Assembly: GCA_910577745.1 (NCBI GenBank)
Contig: CAJTNG010000001.1
Location: 224,346 to 288,345, forward strand
From: an uncultured Anaeroplasmataceae bacterium
GTDB lineage: Bacteria; Bacillota_I; Bacilli_A; Acholeplasmatales; Anaeroplasmataceae
Direction of reading: 5' to 3'
Length of the DNA: 64,000 nucleotides
Shown here: positions 9,553 to 18,987 of the stretch, one piece after another
Layout: each line of letters opens with the position of its first letter
Numbering within the stretch: position 1 is the first letter of the stretch
The notes under the pieces: model-generated
What the model was told of the DNA's origin: nothing
Database searches by the model: none
What the model saw: only the letters and a program-made list of their open reading frames with translations
Program-made: the position numbers and the translations under genes

Positions 9553-10338
9553 TTAGCTCCTGTAAATGATATTATCATAATACATAAAGCTGATAAAATC
9601 TAATAATTGATATTCCCAGGTAGATTCGGAATGAATTCCTGATTCACTTACAACCAGTCGTACCTTGGCATCTTTGTTTTTCAGCATATGATATAATTCT
9701 AAACTTGTGGTATAGTAAAGTTTTGAATCATAAGAACCGTCGGAAGATTCTCTTTTGCCAACATATAAAAATAGTTTTACATTTTTTTTAAAGTGTTGAT
9801 GGATAAATTGGTCCATCTCATCCTTGCATAAAAAAGAAGCAGTAGAGAAAGCACCAATTCCGGAAAATACTTCATATTTATATCCTAAGTAAATGGCTGT
9901 AACTGCAGCTAATGAAGAGCCATAAATAAAGCGATTGTTAGATGTAGGATATTTTCTTTCTATATAGGGAATGATAATTTGAACAAAATCATCGCAAAAA
10001 TCATGACAAATTTGAACCTCTTGTTTTTTCCACTCTTCCTCAGCAGGGTTTGTAATGGGAAAAGGGGTATATTCGTTGATTCTACCTAAGTCAGAACCAG
10101 CATTATGAATGGCAATGCCTATGAGTTTTGTATTCGTAATGCTAGCCATATATCCCATATATTTGGTAGCTCTGATGGAACGATTATATGCTGCATGAGA
10201 ATCCTTAAATGCGTTTTGACCATCTAAAAAATAAATAGAATCAAATTTTGTATTCTTGTCATAAAATCTTGGAAGTGAAATTTCAAGTTTCACCTCTTTT
10301 TTACTCCGTGGTAAAAATAATTTTATGTATTCGATCAT
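9553..10338 (-). CDS. putative esterase (esterase D / enterochelin-esterase-like alpha/beta hydrolase)
   Basis: YFLDGQNAF and IYGSSLAAV (an unusual G-S-S-L-A nucleophile elbow). Start moved to ATG 10336-10338 because GAGGTG lies 6 nt upstream; the track start is a GTG inside that RBS. Confidence 0.5.
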   Translation of the reverse strand: MIEYIKLFLPRSKKEVKLEISLPRFYDKNTKFDSIYFLDGQNAFKDSHAAYNRSIRATKYMGYMASITNTKLIGIAIHNAGSDLGRINEYTPFPITNPAEEEWKKQEVQICHDFCDDFVQIIIPYIERKYPTSNNRFIYGSSLAAVTAIYLGYKYEVFSGIGAFSTASFLCKDEMDQFIHQHFKKNVKLFLYVGKRESSDGSYDSKLYYTTSLELYHMLKNKDAKVRLVVSESGIHSESTWEYQLLDFISFMYYDNIIYRS

Positions 10339-10459
10339 ACTATACACCTCTTTCTATAATTATAACTGAAATTTTTATAAAATGCACTTGTTATTTTGGT
10401 AGGGTTATTTTTTTCTACAAAAAAGTATTGTATAATGGTATTAGTTTGGAGGGATCGGT

Positions 10460-10975
10460 ATGATTGAAGCTATCGTCTATGTTTCTAAATGTGGACATAC
10501 AGAAAAATATGCGAAAGAATTATCTGAACAGTTAAATCTTCCTAGGTATACTTTAGCCCAAGCAAAGAAGAACTTGCCAAAACAGAGTCGAATCCTTTTT
10601 ATGAGCTGGATTATGGAAGATAAATTAGTAGGATATGAAAAGGCGTTAAGATATAGTATAGACCGTGTAGTGGCCGTCGGAATCTTACCTGCTACAGAAG
10701 AAAGGGTCTATCGTGTGAAGGAATATAATTTTTTACACACGCCTTTGTATTATTTACCTGGCGGAATCCAGAAAAAAAAGCTGAGTTTTCTAAAAAAGTT
10801 AAAACTAAAGTGGATAGAAAATGAATTGTCTTTTAAATTGTTAGATCATGGCTTAAAGAAAGAAGAAACCTTTGCTTTAGAGGCAATTCTTCATGATTTG
10901 GATTATGTGGATTTTTCAAAGCTAGATCCCATTATAAAATACTATTTAGATGACAAAAAAGATTATATTTCTTAA
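10460..10975 (+). CDS. flavodoxin-like fold protein (uncertain)
   Basis: The N-terminus IVYVSKCGHTEKYAKELSEQL resembles the flavodoxin phosphate-binding start. GGAGGG RBS. Confidence 0.35.
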   Translation: MIEAIVYVSKCGHTEKYAKELSEQLNLPRYTLAQAKKNLPKQSRILFMSWIMEDKLVGYEKALRYSIDRVVAVGILPATEERVYRVKEYNFLHTPLYYLPGGIQKKKLSFLKKLKLKWIENELSFKLLDHGLKKEETFALEAILHDLDYVDFSKLDPIIKYYLDDKKDYIS

Positions 10976-11029
10976 GGTTTTCGTTGTAAAAAAAACTGAA
11001 ATTTGTTAAAATAAAAAATATGTGAAGGG

Positions 11030-12568
11030 GTGAGTGTTTTGTTAAAATTATTATGGATTAAAATAAAAGAAGCTTTAATGTCAGTCCTTCCTGTTACGTT
11101 GATTGTTATGATTTTATTCTTTACACCTTTAGTAAATTTAACAAATTATGAATTGATTGTTTTTTTTGTATCAGCATTTCTTTTGATACTAGGAATTGGA
11201 TTATTTAATTTAGGAGCAGATTTAGCGATGCAGCCTATGGGAGAGCAGGTTGGATCTTCTCTTATGAAATCAAAAAAGATTAAAATTATTGTTTTAGTAT
11301 GCTTTGTAATGGGACTTTTGATTACCATAGCAGAACCAGACTTATCTGTTTTAGCTTCTCAAGTAAAGGAAGTTATTCATCCTACGCTATTAATTTTTTC
11401 TGTGGGAATTGGTGTTGGTTTATTTTTAGTATTAGCAATTTTAAAAATCATTTTTAAAAAAGATTTGTCTTTGATGTTAATGTTTTTTTATATGTTAATG
11501 TTTGCGCTGGCTGGGCTAGTCATATTGAATGGAAATGGAAATTTCTTGGCTTTAGGATTTGACTCTGGTGGGGTTACTACAGGACCGATTACTGTACCAT
11601 TTATTATGGCATTAGGTGTAGGCGTTGCTGCTACCATCGGTGGAAGAAATTCGAGTGAGAATAGCTTTGGTTTAATTGCGCTGTGTTCTGTTGGACCTAT
11701 CTTGGCTGTGTTCTTGCTAGGGATAGCAATGAAAGGTGATATTCCTTATACAGATCCAAACTATGAAGTGAATCCTAATTTTTGGGGTGGATTTTTTCAA
11801 ACATTGGGTAGTGTTTCAAAGGAAGTTATCACAGCTTTAGGATTAATTGTCGGGTTCTTTTTAATTATTGAACTTATCTTCATTAAACTACCTAAAAAGA
11901 AGCTAATTCAAATTGGCATCGGCATCGCTTATACTTTTATAGGGTTGGTCATCTTTTTAACAGCGGTAAACATTGGCTTTTTGCCTATTGGATATAAAAT
12001 GGGTAAAGCTATTGCAGCATTTCATCCTGCCTATTTGATTGTATTTGGATTTGTTTTAGGTTTTGTTGTTGTTCTTGCAGAACCTGCAGTCCATGTTTTA
12101 AATAAACAAGTAGAAGAGGTCACAAACGGTGGTGTAACCAAACGTGCTATGCTGATTGCTTTAGCTATTGGTGTAGGAATTTCAATTGGGTTATCTATGA
12201 TTCGTTTAACCTTTGATTTCTCCATCCTATATTACATCATCCCAGGCTATTTTATTTCTTTAGGCTTATCTTTCTTTGTTCCTAGAATGTATACTGCCAT
12301 TGCCTTTGACTCTGGTGGTGTAGCATCAGGACCCTTAACCTCTAGTTTCATCTTACCTTTTGCAATCGGTGCCTGTATAACACTTTATGATGGTCCAAGC
12401 AAGGTATTAAACGATGCCTTTGGAATCGTGGCTATGGTTGCAATGACACCTTTAATAACGATTCAGTTATTAGGTTTTAAAGCAGTCTTTGTAAAACGAG
12501 TTAAGGAAAAGACTAGACTTAAGAAAATTATTGATGCAGATGATGAACAAATTATTAATTTTATGTAG
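11030..12568 (+). CDS. DUF1538-family polytopic membrane protein (putative transporter)
   Basis: About 12 hydrophobic helices and an internal duplication (GFDSGGVTTGPITVPFIMALG and AFDSGGVASGPLTSSFILPF). Exact start uncertain: GTG 11030 abuts the RBS and TTG 11039 is possible. Confidence 0.6.
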   Translation: MSVLLKLLWIKIKEALMSVLPVTLIVMILFFTPLVNLTNYELIVFFVSAFLLILGIGLFNLGADLAMQPMGEQVGSSLMKSKKIKIIVLVCFVMGLLITIAEPDLSVLASQVKEVIHPTLLIFSVGIGVGLFLVLAILKIIFKKDLSLMLMFFYMLMFALAGLVILNGNGNFLALGFDSGGVTTGPITVPFIMALGVGVAATIGGRNSSENSFGLIALCSVGPILAVFLLGIAMKGDIPYTDPNYEVNPNFWGGFFQTLGSVSKEVITALGLIVGFFLIIELIFIKLPKKKLIQIGIGIAYTFIGLVIFLTAVNIGFLPIGYKMGKAIAAFHPAYLIVFGFVLGFVVVLAEPAVHVLNKQVEEVTNGGVTKRAMLIALAIGVGISIGLSMIRLTFDFSILYYIIPGYFISLGLSFFVPRMYTAIAFDSGGVASGPLTSSFILPFAIGACITLYDGPSKVLNDAFGIVAMVAMTPLITIQLLGFKAVFVKRVKEKTRLKKIIDADDEQIINFM

Positions 12569-12576
12569 GTGAAACT

Positions 12577-13011
12577 ATGACAGACGGAAAATCTATAACT
12601 AGAAAAAAAGATAAAAAATTCAATAATTTGAAATCAGTAAAAGAATCTCAAGGACTTACTGCACCTAGAAAACTAAAAATATTAGTCACAGTTGTGGAGC
12701 GTGCGAAAGCGGATTTTTACATTGATATGTTAGAAGGTTATGAAGTTAATATGCAGACAGTCATCTATGGTAAAGGAACTGCTCCAACAGAAATGCTACA
12801 ATATTTAGGATTAACACATCTAGGTAAGGCAGTTATATTTAGCATAGTTCAGGAAGAAAAAATTAAGGAAATATTAGTGGCGTATGAAGATAAATATTTT
12901 AAAACGAAAAATGGGAAAGGTATTGCCTTCACTTTACCCATATCTTCTATGATAGGTGTCTTAATTTATCAATTTCTAAGTAATAACGCAGATGGAATAA
13001 GGAGTGAATAA
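12577..13011 (+). CDS. PII-like signal-transduction-fold protein, paralogue 1, with N-terminal basic extension
   Basis: Beta-alpha-beta pattern KILVTVVERAKADFYIDMLEG...GKAVIFSIVQEEKIKEIL...KGIAFTLPI. Lies 8 nt after the DUF1538 gene. Confidence 0.5.
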   Translation: MTDGKSITRKKDKKFNNLKSVKESQGLTAPRKLKILVTVVERAKADFYIDMLEGYEVNMQTVIYGKGTAPTEMLQYLGLTHLGKAVIFSIVQEEKIKEILVAYEDKYFKTKNGKGIAFTLPISSMIGVLIYQFLSNNADGIRSE

Positions 13012-13012
13012 A

Positions 13013-13360
13013 ATGGATAATCAATTTGAACTTGTCTTTTGTATTGTTAATGCAGGTTTCTCTGATAGTGTCATGAGTGCTGTAAGAGAAATAGACTCTC
13101 GGATTGGTGGAACAGTATTGAACGCCAGAGGAACCGCTAGAGAGGAAGCAGAGAAATTATTTAATATTTCCATACAACCTGAAAAAGAAATTCTTATGAT
13201 ATTAGTAAAAAAGGCTGTAAAAGAAGATGTCCTTCATGCCATTTATAAAAATGTTGGATTAAATACGCCAGGTCAAGGGATAGCTTTTAGTATTCCAGTT
13301 GATGAAGTTGTAGGTTTATCCTCACCTACTTTAAAGCAAGAACCAAAACCTGAAAACTAA
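13013..13360 (+). CDS. PII-like signal-transduction-fold protein, paralogue 2
   Basis: ELVFCIVNAGFSDSVMSAVRE...GGTVLNARGTA...EILMILVKKAVKEDV...GIAFSIPVDEV. ATG 13013 with AAGGAG 8 nt upstream. Confidence 0.55.
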   Translation: MDNQFELVFCIVNAGFSDSVMSAVREIDSRIGGTVLNARGTAREEAEKLFNISIQPEKEILMILVKKAVKEDVLHAIYKNVGLNTPGQGIAFSIPVDEVVGLSSPTLKQEPKPEN

Positions 13361-13390
13361 AAATTCGAAAACTTTTCGAATTTTTTTATT
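13361..13390 (+). terminator. rho-independent terminator after the DUF1538/PII operon
   Basis: AAATTCGAA (13361-13369) pairs with TTCGAATTT (13375-13383), followed by a T-run. Confidence 0.6.
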
Positions 13391-13444
13391 GATACTATCT
13401 GAATAAAACATCTGTGCATTGAATAGGCTCTATTAGGTGATACG

Positions 13445-14095
13445 ATGAAAAAACAATCGATTCTTTTATTACTCATAGTCTTTGTTTTCAGTATATTTGC
13501 AGCTGTAGCTCATGCGGAATCAGAAGATGAACTATGGGTAGTGGTTGATCCAGGACATGGTGGTATAGATGGTGGAGCAAGCATAGGAGATATTAAAGAA
13601 GCAACGCTAACGCTTGAAATATCCAAAAAGATAAAAGAGGTCTTTGAAAAGAATGGGGTAAAGGTCATCTTGACACGTACCACAGATGATGATTTATGTG
13701 AGGATTCTTTTGTAAAACGGGAAGATATGCTGAAACGAGTTAATATGATAAATGCTTCTAAAGCATGTATTGCGTTATCCATCCATTTAAATAAATTTAG
13801 TATAGAAAAATATAGAGGGTCCCAAGTTTTTTATAACACTACGAATCCAGCGAATTCTTATTTGGCCAATATAATGCAGCAAAGTTTAATTCAGTATTTA
13901 AATAATACAGAACGTAAAACTGTAAAACGAGATAATATCTTTTTGCTAAATAAAGTGATGATACCCTGCTGTATCATAGAATGTGGATTTATGTCAAACA
14001 AAGAAGAGCTTGCTTTGTTACAGACAGAAGACTATCAATATAAAATGGCATATGCTTTATTCTATGGCGTAGAAGAATATTTAAAGTTATATTAA
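13445..14095 (+). CDS. cwlD: N-acetylmuramoyl-L-alanine amidase, CwlD type (germination-specific)
   Basis: Signal/anchor sequence, then Amidase_3 motifs VVVDPGHGGIDGGA, LTRTTDDDL, SIHLN, ECGFMSNKEE. Size about 216 aa, as for CwlD. Confidence 0.75.
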   Translation: MKKQSILLLLIVFVFSIFAAVAHAESEDELWVVVDPGHGGIDGGASIGDIKEATLTLEISKKIKEVFEKNGVKVILTRTTDDDLCEDSFVKREDMLKRVNMINASKACIALSIHLNKFSIEKYRGSQVFYNTTNPANSYLANIMQQSLIQYLNNTERKTVKRDNIFLLNKVMIPCCIIECGFMSNKEELALLQTEDYQYKMAYALFYGVEEYLKLY

Positions 14096-14099
14096 GATT

Positions 14100-14127
14100 A
14101 CAATGGAAGCTTTCCATTGTTTTTTTA
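14100..14127 (+). terminator. rho-independent terminator after cwlD
   Basis: ACAATGGAA-GCT-TTCCATTGT (9-bp stem) followed by TTTTTT. Confidence 0.7.
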
Positions 14128-14148
14128 TGATAAATAAAATAATGACAA

Positions 14149-14664
14149 ATGGATACAAAAGCCATTACGATTGGTAGTTTGCCAATACTTATTGAAGTAT
14201 CAAAATTATACCATGAGCACAAAACGGCTGAGGAAATTGTAGCTTGGGCAGAAACAGAAGTGAATAAGTATGCCACTTATTTTTATGCCGATGATTTAAA
14301 GTTTTTTAGTAAGAGTGGCAGAATCAGTAACTTCTCAGCAATTATGGGTACGATATTAGGTATTCATCCCATTATACATATGGACGCTAAAGGAATGCTT
14401 AAGGCTTTAACAAAAGCTCGTGGAAGAGTGGGAAGCTTGAAGAAGATTATAGATTTTATGGCAGAATTAGAAGAGGACATTGCATCTTATCCTATCATTA
14501 TAGGTCATACAGATGCTTTAGAGTTGGCAAAGAAATTTGGTGATATGATAAGAGCTAAGTTTGGGGGAAACTTAAACATTCAATATGTGGTTGTAAATCC
14601 AACGGCAGGTGCTCACTGTGGGCCTGATTCTATTGGTGTTTGTTTTCATGTGAAACATCGATAA
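14149..14664 (+). pseudogene. 5'-truncated DegV/FakB-family fatty-acid-binding protein (C-terminal about 170 aa only)
   Basis: Matches only the C-terminal two-thirds of DegV (FYADDLKFFSKSGRIS, ILGIHPIIHMD, RGRVGSLKK, GAHCGPDSIGVCFH). About 110 N-terminal residues are absent. The ORF begins 22 nt after the cwlD terminator, with no evident promoter or RBS. Confidence 0.6.
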
Positions 14665-14683
14665 CTCTCCCCATTGTAAAATG

Positions 14684-14732
14684 AACCCAATTATTCAGAT
14701 TTGAGATATCAGAGAAGAATAATTGGGTTTTT
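14684..14732 (+). terminator. terminator-like hairpin
   Basis: 13-bp stem, AACCCAATTATTC (14684-14696) with GAATAATTGGGTT (14717-14729), then TTT. The loop is long (20 nt). Confidence 0.45.
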
Positions 14733-14866
14733 ATTGTGGAATTATGAAACTATACCATTCCTATACCTATAAAAAACTATTAAAAAACTTGGAATTTCAT
14801 AGGAAATATCTTGGAGTTGGTGTATAATAAAATTAAAGGAAGTTCTTTTATTTGGAGGTGGAATTT

Positions 14867-15568
14867 ATGGAATTTGTATCTTTTCAAAATGTTACAAAAA
14901 AATATAGTACTGGAAGTCAAGAAATCATTGCAAATCATAAGGTAAGCTTTGAAATAAAAGAGAAAGAGTTTTGTGTAATTGTAGGACCTTCTGGAGCTGG
15001 AAAGACGACAATTTTAAACCTTCTTGGTGGTATGGAAAGTAATGATGAGGGGACTATATTTGTAGATGGTCTTGAAGTCAGTAAAATGAACGACCGAGAA
15101 CTGACAATGTATCGAAGATATGATGTGGGTTTTGTTTTTCAGTTTTATAATCTTATGCCCAATTTAACGGCTTTAGAAAATATTGAAATTGCTGCAGAGA
15201 TATGTAAAGCGCCATTAGATCCGAAAGAGGTTTTATGTTCTGTAGGGCTAGAAGAACGATTCAATAACTTTCCTGCTCAACTATCTGGTGGAGAACAGCA
15301 ACGTGTCAGTATAGCAAGAGCAATTGCCAAAAATCCTAAAATCCTATTATGTGATGAACCTACAGGAGCGCTAGATTATTTGACAGGGAAAAGTATTTTG
15401 AAGCTTCTTCATGATACCTGCCGAAATTCTTCTAAAACGGTGATTGTCATTACACATAATGCAGCTTTGACCAAAATGGCTGATCATGTAATTCGTGTGA
15501 AAAATGGAGAAGTTGTAGAGGAATATTATAATGATCATCCACTACCAATTGAAGAGATTGAGTGGTGA
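14867..15568 (+). CDS. ABC transporter ATP-binding protein (MacB/FtsE/LolD type)
   Basis: Walker [10 protein letters not shown], signature [14 protein letters not shown], Walker [12 protein letters not shown]. Start at ATG 14867 behind GGAGGTGG. Confidence 0.85.
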   Translation: MEFVSFQNVTKKYSTGSQEIIANHKVSFEIKEKEFCVIVGPSGAGKTTILNLLGGMESNDEGTIFVDGLEVSKMNDRELTMYRRYDVGFVFQFYNLMPNLTALENIEIAAEICKAPLDPKEVLCSVGLEERFNNFPAQLSGGEQQRVSIARAIAKNPKILLCDEPTGALDYLTGKSILKLLHDTCRNSSKTVIVITHNAALTKMADHVIRVKNGEVVEEYYNDHPLPIEEIEW

Positions 15569-15572
15569 TTTT

Positions 15573-18056
15573 ATGAACAAGACCTTTATAAAAACTATTT
15601 TTCGTGATTTTAAAAGAAACTTTTCTAGATTAATCTCCATTATAGCAATTATGGCATTAGGCTCAGGCTTTTTGATTGGGCTTTTATCCTCTACTCCTGT
15701 TTTGCAACATTCTATGGATCGGTTTTATCATCAGCAGGATATGTATGATATATTGTTAAAAAGTACATTGGGATTTACGCAGGAAGAGGTTGACCAGCTT
15801 TCTAAAGATGTACAGGATGCAGAAAAAGTAGAAGGGTTTTCGTCCTTAGATAATGAAATCAATTTTGCGGGACAAAGCATAACGGTTCGTACGACGATAT
15901 CCAATTTAAAAGATGGAATAAATCAGGTAGAATTGATAGCTGGAGAATATCCTAAAACCAAGCATGAATGCTTAATTCAGAACCTTGGATATTTTTTTGA
16001 AAAAGACTGTATTGGCAAAACGATAGAGGTTGGAGAGGATACCTATACCATTGTAGGTATCTGTAATTCTCCTGTCTATTCTTATAAAATGCAGGAACCT
16101 AGCACTGTGGGAAAAGGGACTGTAGATGCATTTCTATATATAGATTCTGCCTTCACAGAGTATATCATTACAGATGTTGCTTTTCTTTTGAAAGATTCTA
16201 AAAAGTACAATTCTTTTGATAAAAGCTATTTTTCGTATATAGAACCTTATAAAGAAAAATTAAAAGGATTAGAAAACTCATATTTAGAGTTTCGTCTTAA
16301 AAATTTAAAAGAAAATGCTTTTGATGAGGCTTTAGAAGAGGCAAGACAACAACTTTTACTGCAATTTCCTAATTTACCAATAGAAAGTATTGAAACAATC
16401 TTAAATTCACAAAAGGATAAAATCTTTGAAGAAGTAGAAAAACAGTTGGCAGATATAAAATTGAAATGGTATATTTTAGACCGAAAAAGTAATATGAGTT
16501 ATGTCTCCTATGAGGAAAATTCCAATAAAGTGAATCGTGTTGCTGTAATATTCCCATTCTTTTTCTTCTTTATTGCCGCTTTAATCTCCTTAACTTCGGT
16601 TACTAGGCTGGTTTATGAGGATCGGGCTTCCATTGGTACACTAAAATCTTTTGGATATTCCAAACGAAAAATATTAAGTAAATATTTAATTTATGCAATT
16701 TTTGCCTGTGGGATTGGGACTTTAGGAGGACTGTTTTTAGGTGTATATGGTCTTCCGTATGTCATTTATATTTGTTATAATTCTTTATTTGTTATGCCTG
16801 CTTGTAAACTATCTTGGCATATTGAGTATGTATTACTTGCCTCTATTACGATGAGTATTACTATATTCTGTGTTATGATTGCAGTTTGTCTTAAAGCTTT
16901 AAATGAAAAGCCAAATGCGCTTTTAATGCCTAAGGCACCCAAAGCAGGAAAACGAATTTTGTTGGAACGCATAGGATTTATTTGGAAGAAATTAAAGTTT
17001 AAGTATAAATCCTCGATTCGAAATGTTTTTCGTTTCAAGAGAAATTTAATGATGATGATTGTAGGTGTTGGGGGATGTACAGGTCTAATGCTTATTGGTC
17101 TTGGGTTAAACGATTCTATAAATGCATTAGGAAATGAACAATATCAGAACATTTTAAAATATGACTTTATGCTAACTGTGAATCAAGAGGTTGAAATGGA
17201 GTATTTAAAGGATAGTTCATGGATGTATCTCTATCAAGAAGAAGCCAGTTTAAATCAAGACAGTAGATATGAAATCAAATTGCTTTATACAGAGGATAAA
17301 ATTATAGATTTCATGAATTTAGGAATTGATGGCTTTATGGAAGATTCGGTCGTAATTTCAAGTCAGCTTGCCCATGACTTCCATCTTCGCAAAAATGATA
17401 CGATAGAACTTTTGGTTGAAGGGGAAGTAAAGCAATTTAAAATTACAAATATTTTTACGAATTATGTGAGCAATTATGTAATTGTCCACCAAAGTTTAAT
17501 AAAAGAACCTGTGAATCGCTTGCTTTTAAAATTAGGAGAACAAGACAAGGCGAATTATGAGGAAACCATCCGTCATATCTTTGCGACAGAAGAGTTTCTC
17601 ACCATAGAAGATTTATCACAAACAAGAACGATTTATGCTTCCATGACCGATAGTATAGGACTTGTTGTTTTGTTGATTATTTTCTTCTCAGGACTTCTAG
17701 CGATTGTGGTAATCTATAATCTAACAAATATTAATATAAATGAAAGAATTAAAGAGATTGCAACTTTAAGAGTTTTAGGGTATCATAGAAAAGAGGTTTT
17801 AGGATATATATACCGAGAAATCATAATCATGAGTGTTTTGGGTATTGTATTTGGATTTCTATTAGGGCCTATCTTAAATTACTTTGTAATGCGACAGATT
17901 TCTAGTCCAGGTCTTCGTTTTAATGCAAATTTAAGTGGGTTATATTATTTATATTCTTTCCTTATCACTTTAGGTTTTGTGATAATCGTATTATTGCTTT
18001 TTATCCCTAAAATAAAAAAAATAAAGATGGTGGAGTCTTTAAAATCTGTAGAGTAA
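15573..18056 (+). CDS. ABC transporter permease with two FtsX domains (MacB/YbbP-like, about 828 aa)
   Basis: TM1, a large extracytoplasmic domain and 3 TM helices, all duplicated. ATG 15573 lies 4 nt after the ATPase stop. Confidence 0.7.
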   Translation: MNKTFIKTIFRDFKRNFSRLISIIAIMALGSGFLIGLLSSTPVLQHSMDRFYHQQDMYDILLKSTLGFTQEEVDQLSKDVQDAEKVEGFSSLDNEINFAGQSITVRTTISNLKDGINQVELIAGEYPKTKHECLIQNLGYFFEKDCIGKTIEVGEDTYTIVGICNSPVYSYKMQEPSTVGKGTVDAFLYIDSAFTEYIITDVAFLLKDSKKYNSFDKSYFSYIEPYKEKLKGLENSYLEFRLKNLKENAFDEALEEARQQLLLQFPNLPIESIETILNSQKDKIFEEVEKQLADIKLKWYILDRKSNMSYVSYEENSNKVNRVAVIFPFFFFFIAALISLTSVTRLVYEDRASIGTLKSFGYSKRKILSKYLIYAIFACGIGTLGGLFLGVYGLPYVIYICYNSLFVMPACKLSWHIEYVLLASITMSITIFCVMIAVCLKALNEKPNALLMPKAPKAGKRILLERIGFIWKKLKFKYKSSIRNVFRFKRNLMMMIVGVGGCTGLMLIGLGLNDSINALGNEQYQNILKYDFMLTVNQEVEMEYLKDSSWMYLYQEEASLNQDSRYEIKLLYTEDKIIDFMNLGIDGFMEDSVVISSQLAHDFHLRKNDTIELLVEGEVKQFKITNIFTNYVSNYVIVHQSLIKEPVNRLLLKLGEQDKANYEETIRHIFATEEFLTIEDLSQTRTIYASMTDSIGLVVLLIIFFSGLLAIVVIYNLTNININERIKEIATLRVLGYHRKEVLGYIYREIIIMSVLGIVFGFLLGPILNYFVMRQISSPGLRFNANLSGLYYLYSFLITLGFVIIVLLLFIPKIKKIKMVESLKSVE

Positions 18057-18075
18057 ACTTATGGAGTGTTGTAGT

Positions 18076-18987
18076 ATGAATGATGTTTTTATTTCTTATA
18101 AAGTTCATAACAGAAGAACAGCAATTGAATACTACAAAAATTTAAAACTATTAAATTTTCAGGTTTGGTTTGACCAACTTGTACCTAAAATGGCAGATTG
18201 GAAAAAAACAATCAAGGACCAAATCAAAAAATCAAATATATTTATCTGTCTTTTAAGTAAAGAATGCTTGCTGGATGATTGGGTTTTATTTCAAATTCAA
18301 GTTGCTAGAAAAGCACATAAGAAAATATATTTTATTACATTAGATGATACAGACTGGACACAGAATAAGGCGTATAAAGTTCCAGAAAAGACTTATACAT
18401 CCTTAGAAGAAGTATGTCTAATGCTATTTGATGATAAATCAAAAATAAATTTAACCCATTCTTATCAAGGGATTAATAATTTTACAGTGAATTTCCTTAC
18501 TTTAGCCGTTTGTGCATTTCTTGTTTCCAGTTTTGGAATTCATCTGTTTAATTTAAAATTAGGATTAGAGTTTGGATTAATTATTTGGGGGATATTAACC
18601 TGTATCGTGTTAGCCTATATCCCTAAAAAGCTAACTTATATTCTTCAGGGAATTCTTTCGGTTGTGTTACTGTATTTGGCCATCTACATTTTCCCTACCT
18701 ATATTGTGTCAAATATCCCCATAAATACAGTTTTCTTTCTTTGGTTTTATCTGTTTGGGATATCCCTTAGATTTTTAAAATATTCGTTGTGGAAGTCATG
18801 GTTAATTGCTTTATTTTATGCAAGTTTTAGTGTGACAGTATATTCCTCATTGCTCGTCTTATTTTCTTACTTTTGGGATTATGATTGTTCATGGGTGAGT
18901 TTTATCATTTTAATTTCCTATTTTCTTTATACGCTGTTTCATCATGCGAAAGAAATTTTGTTTAAAAAGAGGTCTTATCAGGATTAG
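18076..18987 (+). CDS. TIR-like domain protein fused to a six-helix transmembrane domain
   Basis: N-terminal DVFISY...QVWFDQ...DWKKTIKDQIKKSNIFICLLSKECLLDDWVLFQ follows the TIR_2 pattern. About 6 hydrophobic helices fill the C-terminal 170 aa. ATG 18076 with GGAG 7 nt upstream, 20 nt after the permease stop. Confidence 0.6.
   Translation: MNDVFISYKVHNRRTAIEYYKNLKLLNFQVWFDQLVPKMADWKKTIKDQIKKSNIFICLLSKECLLDDWVLFQIQVARKAHKKIYFITLDDTDWTQNKAYKVPEKTYTSLEEVCLMLFDDKSKINLTHSYQGINNFTVNFLTLAVCAFLVSSFGIHLFNLKLGLEFGLIIWGILTCIVLAYIPKKLTYILQGILSVVLLYLAIYIFPTYIVSNIPINTVFFLWFYLFGISLRFLKYSLWKSWLIALFYASFSVTVYSSLLVLFSYFWDYDCSWVSFIILISYFLYTLFHHAKEILFKKRSYQD

Noticed and set aside
8718-10338. The esterase and 5'-3' exonuclease pair as a functional system.
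   Set aside because: The tight spacing (2 nt) shows co-transcription, but both are common stand-alone housekeeping-type genes. I see no functional rationale for a system.
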